A DNA stretch of 63,017 nucleotides, filler included, from Aduncisulcus paluster (taxonomy: Eukaryota): NCBI GenBank assembly GCA_024181965.1. It is 5 parts of 5 records of this genome, joined end to end, with 100 filler letters (N's around TTAATTAATTAA, not from the genome) between each part and the next. Parts side by side here need not be neighbours in the genome. Positions count along the whole stretch, not along the records: positions 53,018 to 63,017 come from BQXS01010812.1; 4 more parts are not named here. One strand, given 5' to 3'. Positions 55,892 to 63,017 of the stretch are shown in pieces (within the stretch, counting starts at the first letter, position 1; every line of letters starts with the position of its first letter). Both the position numbers and the translations under genes were made by a program. The notes under the pieces are model-generated. The model saw nothing but the letters and a program-made list of their open reading frames with translations. It had not been told where the DNA came from and searched no databases.

Positions 55892-58274
55892 ATAATAATA
55901 GTGTAAATAGATCAAAAATATAGCAGATTCACAAAAAATTTAATAAAAGTGACATATATAAACATACATATCCAATTAAAGAAGTCTGAAGGGGAGTTTC
56001 AACTCTTTCTCTTGTAGAATCTTCAACAATTTCTTCCCGAACAAATACAAGTGATTCAATGCAAAAATATTCTGTTCCAATTCCTTTCCCAATAATTGAA
56101 CAATCCAAACAATCTGGAAGATCAATTGGAAGGAAATACCAAGAATCACTTTTGAATTCTGGGATTTCATATTTTTTGTGTGTTTTCCTTCCATTCGACG
56201 AGGTAAAAGAAAAGATAAGCAAGGAAGGAGGATAACTATGCTCTTTTGCGAGAGCAATATAAGCGCCGAAAATAGGGCTTGCAAAAGGAAATGGGATAAT
56301 TATTTTGGTAAATCGACCAAAATTACCAAGACATTTTAGCATTTTTTGTGCTTCCAAACTCTGATTATAGGTTCTATGAGTCTTTTTCTTCGTCATATCC
56401 CATGCTTTGATATTGACAAAGGTTGGATCAAGGATAGAAGGATGATCAGAAGGAACCGGAACACAATCTTCATTTCCTTCATGAATAAACTTAGGGATTA
56501 TTATTCCGGCTTCAAAATATGCATTTAATCGAGAGACTTTTCGTTGAGTTGGGAAATGAATTAAATATTCATGTATTGTTGCAACTTTAATAAAAAGCAG
56601 ACAGTCAATCGTAAAAATTCGACTATTTCTTTCCTTCCATGTTCCTTTTCCTTGAATTTCACATGAAACAACATCATCTACATCAATAGGAAGGAATTTC
56701 CATTTTTCATAGAGACTTGGAAATGTAAATTTATATTTTTTGGATTTTTTTGTTCCATCAGAAAGAGTAAAAGTGAAGAGAAGAGAAGGTGAGCTATTAT
56801 CATTATCCAAACGAATAAAAGCTCCTTTCAGAGGACAAGATGAAGAGAAAGGGATTGAAAGATGAGATAAACGGACACTAGATTCCCCCTTCAACATATT
56901 TTGTGCAGGTAAACCCTGATCATAATACATAGATTCCTTACTATGAGAATTATCTTTTCCTCTAACCATCTCAAACAAAACAGGAACTTGAAGGCTTACA
57001 AGATCATCATCCAATGAAGAAAAATATTTTATCCGTATAGATTCCTTAAAATATAAATGTAAATAAGTTTAAAGAAAATAAGCAAACATACAGAAATTCA
57101 ACATACCGATTTAGACCATAATTTCATAAATCCTTTCTTTCTCGATTCAAGTGGTAATTCTTCAGAGGATTCTTTTCGAATAAATACAAGGGAAGAGAGA
57201 TATAAGGCTCGACTATTCTTCTCTGTCCAAGTTCCTTTCCCTTCAATCTCACAGGATACAATACGCATCAAATCAATAGGAAGGAAGTACCATTCATACC
57301 TATGTTCAGGTTTTGTGAATTCATACTTCTTGGATGTCTTCTTACCATCACAATCAGTGAAAGTGAAGAGGAGAGCAGATGATCCAGCGTGTCTATTCAC
57401 ACAGATACAGGCACCATTAATATGACAAGGTGGATAAGGTGATGGCAAATGCATGGAAAGATGCGATATGGCGATGTTGTTTTTGATTTCACCATCTTCA
57501 CCGTCCAACAATCTTTGAGCCTCAAAACTCTCATGACACCACTCAGGTCGTTTTGTAGGTTTAAAGAGAGAATTTACAATCAATGGATCATCTCGTGGAA
57601 TAGGAATGGAATTTCTATCTCCTTCATGAACAAATTTTGGTATGATTGGTGCTTCAGACCACATTTTCTCTCTGGCTTCACGAATTAGAGTTTCTTCATG
57701 TGTTTCTTCTCGAAAAAATACAATTGAAGAAATTTCAAGATCACATTCCATGTTTCTCCATTTTCCAGTGATTACACAACGAGTAACATCAGGAAGATCG
57801 ATTGGAAGGAAGAACCAACTATTCTTTTCAATTTTTGGAAATTCGTATTGCTTGGATATTTCTAACCCAATGGAAGAGGTAAATGAGAAAGTAAGGAAAA
57901 TGGGTGACCAATCCATCAATTTTTTAATACAGACATAGGAACCTTTAATAAAAGTTGAAGGAGAGAAAGGGAGAGTGATATACGAGAAGGTTTCATCAGC
58001 CATAGCCCCTTTCAACATCTCTCGTACCTTATTATTGCTGATATCTGAATATTTTGGATGTGTAACATTTGGAGCATTACGAGGAATTGGAAGACAAGAA
58101 TAATCCCCATAATGAATAAATTCTGGTTCAAAGTTTTTAATCTATTACAATTCAATTTGTACAAATTTCCCATCAAAATTAAGTTGCTTTAAGACATTTT
58201 AGTTTCAAAAATCATATTATACATACTTCACCATATTCCGAGATCCATATCTCACTTTCTGATATCTGATCCAT
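53629..58274 (-). CDS. Five tandem ~150-aa beta-rich modules fused to a protein kinase; exons 58274-58227, 58141-57107, 57044-55968, 55851-53629 (1,460 aa)
   Basis: Three GTATGT...AG phase-0 introns (58142-58226, 57045-57106, 55852-55967) join the three track ORFs in frame. Kinase motifs are IGHGGFGEV, VLKK, MEFCAGGS, HRDIKPDN, LADLGLA, CGTVAYSPYE and DAYSLG. The first small exon is less certain. Confidence 0.85.
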
Positions 58275-58673
58275 AAAATCCTGGACAGAAAACAACTATA
58301 TTACTGAAATCATGAAAATAATATTATAGTATTACAGAGTTTCACCATATTCATCAAATATGAAGTATTTCACAGAGATAACCAAGATGACATTAAAACC
58401 AGCAAGAATCTGTTAATAACATTGAATTTCAACCATTAAGTAAATATTAAAGCTTATTATATACAATATATATCTTACATACATGAATTTGTTGGATATT
58501 CAAAGAACAAAATATTAAATTTTCCTTTCCTTTAATGCCGCTCAAATCACAGAGGTATCGGTATGCATTGCAGGCCACAATTGGCAAGGATTAATAGGGA
58601 TATCACATAAAACATTAATAAAAGTGAAATCTTTCTTGTTGTTAATCACATCCCAAAATATTATTGAAAAATG

Positions 58674-58745
58674 GGGGCGCGCCGGGATTTGAACCCGGGA
58701 CCTCTTCTACCCTAAAGAAGAATCATACCCCTAGACCACGCGCCC
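58674..58745 (-). tRNA. tRNA-Pro (AGG)
   Basis: GGGCGCGTGGTCTAGGGGTATGATTCTTCTTTAGGGTAGAAGAGGTCCCGGGTTCAAATCCCGGCGCGCCCC has a 7-bp acceptor stem, CTTCT/AGAAG anticodon stem with AGG, GTTCAAATC T-loop and a downstream TTTTT Pol III terminator. Confidence 0.97.
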
Positions 58746-58983
58746 GGATATCAAGATTTTTTGATATTTTTATCAATGAATTTTAGCAGGAATCCTGCCT
58801 ATTTTGAACTTTCTTATCTTGATTTCTTGTTAAACTCAACAATTAATGCCAAAATATATACAAAGACATACAATTAAACAAGTAGTTTATCAAATAATAA
58901 CAGTTTATTTTATCAAAAGAATATGACCTATACTATGGAAAATAGACATGTAAAATCTGAAATAAAATTCAATTCAATCTGGT

Positions 58984-61900
58984 CTATGTAAGGTTGAATA
59001 CCAAAACGTATCCACTTGAAGTACCGCAAAGAGCAAGTTGATCTCCATAACACAACTGAAGACACTCAATACAGTGTCCAAACCTTGCTCGATATAGGAC
59101 AGGTTTCCGGCTAAAGTCAAGAGAATCATACACACGAATGCTTCCTCGCCCACAAGCAACGGCAACCCATTCACCATTCGTACTCACTTGCATGTCAACG
59201 ATACCTTCAAGAATGGTGGAAGAGTGAATAACATATCCATTGACTGAACAAACGAACAACATCAGAGCAGAAGTGCTAACAAATATGGTTCCAGTAATCT
59301 CATTCATAACAATCTTATTGATAGATCCTTCGACCTTCATTGAATGAAGAAGAGCACCACTCGAAAGGGAGAACACCATCAAACATCCACCAGTATCACC
59401 ACTCACAACAAGATCATTGCCCACGCTCATGTAAACGGCACTCACAGCCTCAAGATGGCCAACACAAACACTCACTCGATCGACTTTTTCAAACACATCA
59501 TCGGAGATCTGCCATACACTGACACTCGTGTCTCTACTACCAACACAGAACATAGTGCCCTCTCCATGCACACAAGATACAACATCACGATGGAAATAGA
59601 CCTTGTGACTCAAGGAAAAGCTTGGCAAACGAAGGATATGGATCGAACAATCACAGCTTCCACCACAGACAATACTCTTCCCATGATTGAAAAGACAGAA
59701 CATCACATTATTGCGCTTGTTGGAAGGAGAAAATAGAGTGTGGGTTGACGGAATGTGACGTTGTCGGAGAAAACTAACCTGTCCATGCACGCTTTCAATT
59801 TCATCTCGATCTTTCAACTCAACGAAAGGTCTGAAACGTCGAGCACTCCACATTGATGTACCAAGTAACCCACTTCGAGTCGACAAATGCACTCTGGATC
59901 CCATCACAACGGATGAGGGTGAAGCAGGTGCCTGGAAAACTTTCATCGCCAGAACATTCACTTTTCCCCGAGCATTCATACAATATATCGTATTTGAGGA
60001 ATTATTGACGCCAACCCAGACGACATTCCCACTGGAACTACCTCCAATACACTCGAACGGCATTGGAGTCCTTGGGGTCAACGAAGAAGAAGAGGCTGAG
60101 CGCAAAGATGACTTCGAACTCTGCAATCCAGATCCAGAACGAGAGATGATTTGATATTTCTTATGCAGACTCATGTGTGGAGATCGAAGAAGAGGGAGTT
60201 TCAGATGAGAACAAGAACGTTGCGGGTGAGGCTTTGTGAATAATTGGAATGGAATCTGTCCAAAATGTCTAATTTGTGACAGAACAGCCTCTCTCTTATG
60301 ACTCGGGAGAGCTTGAATATCCGTTGCACCTTCATACGACAAGTGGAAAAACACATTGTGAGCATCAATGGCCGGCTGTCCACGTTGTTTGTAACCAAAT
60401 ATTAAGTCAATCCAATTATTAATGTTTTTGCTCACATATTCACCTTCAAGGGCTCTGCGATGAATGGAGATAAAATGCTCAGCATTTCGGGCATAAGGGG
60501 GAAGAACAACATTATCAACCATGGACCCATCACTTCGACGACCGAAATTCAACTTATTCCGATTAAGCAAAACATCCGATGCATAATAAAATTCGGGCAC
60601 CAATTCCCTCAAATCAGAAGGATTGTGGGTGGCAGTAAACCAAGACGTCTCAAATGAGTTGAACAAACGATCAGCATGATCAAAAGTACCTTCCTGAAGT
60701 TCGATATGAAGCTGAGTGAAAGGTTCGATCCTCATTAACCAGTAAATGACAACACCACCGGGCAAATAGTGAGATCCCCAATGAAAAGGAGGAAGATCAG
60801 AACACTTGGAGCGAGATAACATGTCATACTTTGCCTTGACTTCCTCCCGTAGCTCTTCTGTTTGTGCTGCAATCGGGTGTGAGAGATCTCTGTAGATCGA
60901 TGGATCTTCCAAGTCAAGGGTTTCACTCGTGTAATCCTTGAGAACCCAAGGGAAAACAGGGTATTGTGAAATGTCATGCACAGAACGAGAAGCAAATCGA
61001 TTCAATTGCATGAGATAATCGAAGGTCGAGATATACCCTTTCACCCACATGTCAGTCAGATTGCTCTTCTTGAGGGTCGAAATACCCCATGAAAGCTGTT
61101 TAGAAGTAATGTTAGTAGCGTGAGGAGATGCCAGAATGTGCTTGACTAACTTTCTACGTTCAGGATCTGTCAAGTTCAAAAGCCATACTTCGCCGCCTTC
61201 AATGACAATTTCCACTCCAGAATTCTGTAAATATATACGTTTGTAGTTAAGTTCGTTAACAGATGACATCTTACAGCGAACAACGATCGTTAATTCCTTC
61301 TTCTCTTTCCCAACACGACGTTCACTCGCACCTTCGAAACACAGATATGACTCTGTGACTTCAATTGCTCCATGATATTCCCTCCCAAGTCTCAATAGTT
61401 TGCACATAAAGACCTGAGAGGTCCCAAAGGCATTTGTCTTATCACCCACATCAGCTGTTCCCCCAGTAGATACGGCACTGGAAGAATCATCAAGAGGAGG
61501 CGGAGGAGGAGCATCCGAGATGGATATTCCCAAGTTTCGTACAACATCAACAAGGTTACTATGGTCATTTGTCACTTCAGAGATCGAAGTTTCATCTCTC
61601 TCTTGCCGCGGTTTCTTCTTTCCGTCACAATCTGGCTTATGACATTCGGCTATGAATGAATCCTTCTGAAGCCCAGTATAAGATACTCCAAATGGATTCT
61701 GGATTAATTGCAGAACACGACCATCGCCTGTCATCGTTGGAGACCTAATCAGATACTTTGTCGATTGATCACTCAAGAAGTTTGCAGATGTCACGACAGA
61801 TGAGCTCAGGAGCATGTGTTTAAGCTTGTCCATTTTAAAATCCGTCGAAGATAGAGTTTGTTTATATTTATCAGCATAATGATTCTTAAGAACACTGTTG

Positions 61901-63015
61901 ACACGGCGAACGGTCACAGATTTCATTGATATCATTGGAGGAAGCGAGAAAATGAAGAGAGTATCAGCTGTGGTTGATTGACTGGATGAAGCGGTTTTTT
62001 CAGAAGAATGTACATCAGAAGAAGCTGAAGAAGCTCTGGTTCTTGAACCTGAATCGGTTGAATTCCTTCCTTTTGCTTCAATGGATGTTGAGGTTGAATC
62101 AGAAGATCCAGCATCACCACTCTTTGCAGAGTTTCTTGAAGCAATAGAAAAGCATTCTTTGGTATAGAAAGGAGAGTATGTTGTTTGATTTGGCCTGACT
62201 TCTCTCAAGCATTCGGCCAGAGCACGTTTAGTGATCTCAAGAACTCCATCAGATACACTTTCAGATAAGAGATGAGTGTGTTCACAGATGGATCGAACCA
62301 CATCTTCCTCACGATCTGAGGAATATTCAAGAGGGGACAAAGATTGTGCAGATAATTGTTGGATTGATGACAGTAATAAACTGGATGTGGTTGAGGAGGA
62401 AGCGGAAAGCAACAAGAGTAGGAATAACGAACATACACTTGTGCAATACTTTTTTTCCTCAGAGTGAACATTAAGAACACATTCATGCAGTTGTTCAATA
62501 CACATGGACACAAGGGAGAAAGATGGCATGGCCGAAGAAGGCATTAGAACTGACAAACTGGAACCAAATGATGAATCATCACCTGTTTTCTTCGCATCTT
62601 TCTTCCTCCTGCGTTCCTCACGACGCATTTTATCACGATCCCGACGCTCTTTTTCTTCATTATCCATCCCCAACAAAATACCCATTGTACACATCCGCAT
62701 ACATATCCCACAGACACCTCCGACACCCTCCAATTTGATTTGAGATGCTGCAGACTTGGAAGAGGAAGAAGAAGACGACACATCGCGTCCTCTTTCAATC
62801 TCTCCATCCTTCAAATGCACAACACAGTGCCTAACAACACTTCTCATGTTCCAGATAATATCGCACGCCCTGTTGTCAACCCCAGCAGGGGAAGCAACGA
62901 ATGCATCGCAAGTATTGTATAATCTTGAGGCATATTTCACCGATGAATTAGGAGATTTGATGTTAGTATTGAATGTCCACCCAAGAAGATGGATAAGAGA
63001 TAACGTATGAGTCAT
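58984..63015 (-). CDS. PH-BEACH-WD40 protein (neurobeachin/LYST-like), 5'-truncated by window end
   Basis: WVKGYISTFDYLMQLNRFASRS, QYPVFPWVL, HWGSHY, FDHADRLF, ELVPEFYY, WIDLIFGYKQRG, FGQIPFQLF and C-terminal WD repeats. Confidence 0.95.
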   Translation of the reverse strand: MTHTLSLIHLLGWTFNTNIKSPNSSVKYASRLYNTCDAFVASPAGVDNRACDIIWNMRSVVRHCVVHLKDGEIERGRDVSSSSSSSKSAASQIKLEGVGGVCGICMRMCTMGILLGMDNEEKERRDRDKMRREERRRKKDAKKTGDDSSFGSSLSVLMPSSAMPSFSLVSMCIEQLHECVLNVHSEEKKYCTSVCSLFLLLLLSASSSTTSSLLLSSIQQLSAQSLSPLEYSSDREEDVVRSICEHTHLLSESVSDGVLEITKRALAECLREVRPNQTTYSPFYTKECFSIASRNSAKSGDAGSSDSTSTSIEAKGRNSTDSGSRTRASSASSDVHSSEKTASSSQSTTADTLFIFSLPPMISMKSVTVRRVNSVLKNHYADKYKQTLSSTDFKMDKLKHMLLSSSVVTSANFLSDQSTKYLIRSPTMTGDGRVLQLIQNPFGVSYTGLQKDSFIAECHKPDCDGKKKPRQERDETSISEVTNDHSNLVDVVRNLGISISDAPPPPPLDDSSSAVSTGGTADVGDKTNAFGTSQVFMCKLLRLGREYHGAIEVTESYLCFEGASERRVGKEKKELTIVVRCKMSSVNELNYKRIYLQNSGVEIVIEGGEVWLLNLTDPERRKLVKHILASPHATNITSKQLSWGISTLKKSNLTDMWVKGYISTFDYLMQLNRFASRSVHDISQYPVFPWVLKDYTSETLDLEDPSIYRDLSHPIAAQTEELREEVKAKYDMLSRSKCSDLPPFHWGSHYLPGGVVIYWLMRIEPFTQLHIELQEGTFDHADRLFNSFETSWFTATHNPSDLRELVPEFYYASDVLLNRNKLNFGRRSDGSMVDNVVLPPYARNAEHFISIHRRALEGEYVSKNINNWIDLIFGYKQRGQPAIDAHNVFFHLSYEGATDIQALPSHKREAVLSQIRHFGQIPFQLFTKPHPQRSCSHLKLPLLRSPHMSLHKKYQIISRSGSGLQSSKSSLRSASSSSLTPRTPMPFECIGGSSSGNVVWVGVNNSSNTIYCMNARGKVNVLAMKVFQAPASPSSVVMGSRVHLSTRSGLLGTSMWSARRFRPFVELKDRDEIESVHGQVSFLRQRHIPSTHTLFSPSNKRNNVMFCLFNHGKSIVCGGSCDCSIHILRLPSFSLSHKVYFHRDVVSCVHGEGTMFCVGSRDTSVSVWQISDDVFEKVDRVSVCVGHLEAVSAVYMSVGNDLVVSGDTGGCLMVFSLSSGALLHSMKVEGSINKIVMNEITGTIFVSTSALMLFVCSVNGYVIHSSTILEGIVDMQVSTNGEWVAVACGRGSIRVYDSLDFSRKPVLYRARFGHCIECLQLCYGDQLALCGTSSGYVLVFNLT

Positions 63016-63017
63016 TA

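Noticed and set aside
58545-58600. ACAGAG...GGCC...CAAGGAT, reminiscent of U6 snRNA, next to the tRNA
   Set aside because: Spacing is wrong, the AGC triad and internal stem-loop are not convincing, and there is no 5' hairpin.
1-63017. Alternative genetic code (TAA/TAG=Gln as in hexamitids, or TGA recoding)
   Set aside because: Conserved genes end at expected positions with TAA (RPL5), TAG (CFAP299) and TGA (PFO). The single internal TGA at 33265 is explained by a point change.
1-63017. CRISPR array, prokaryotic operon or intact transposon
   Set aside because: No repeat-spacer array, transposase or reverse transcriptase ORF was seen; the repeats found are protein-coding or assembly-related.

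Overview
Eukaryotic DNA, not prokaryotic. The window is five contigs joined by artificial 100-nt N/TTAATTAATTAA linkers (11890-11989, 30051-30150, 39702-39801, 52918-53017), plus two 20-N gaps with duplicated flanks. Gene content indicates an anaerobic flagellated protist: pyruvate formate-lyase, pyruvate:ferredoxin oxidoreductase, Pam18, several ciliary proteins, short AT-rich GTATGT...AG introns and the standard genetic code. A free-living fornicate such as Aduncisulcus is my inference and is not proven. The ORF track misses or fragments several genes. (i) An open frame of about 3,960 codons at 3-11888 (-) reads as a hyper-divergent, insertion-laden dynein heavy chain with degenerate P-loops. 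(ii) A four-exon, 1,460-aa gene at 53629-58274 (-) has five tandem copies of an uncharacterised ~150-aa beta-rich module fused to a protein kinase, with only phase-0 introns. The same module occurs in two other genes (8 copies in all), and two family genes have paired CTATTTTTAG motifs at exact 15-bp spacing downstream. This modular sensor-kinase family is the best candidate for an undescribed system. (iii) Spliced models can be built for PFO, Pam18, SERINC and a histone-fold/Q-rich protein. Also present: RPL5, a PPP phosphatase, a Trm9-like methyltransferase, a PDE, SURF6, an ankyrin-DHHC protein, TPX2-like, CFAP299, CCDC96, ODF3-like, a BEACH-WD40 protein and tRNA-Pro(AGG).
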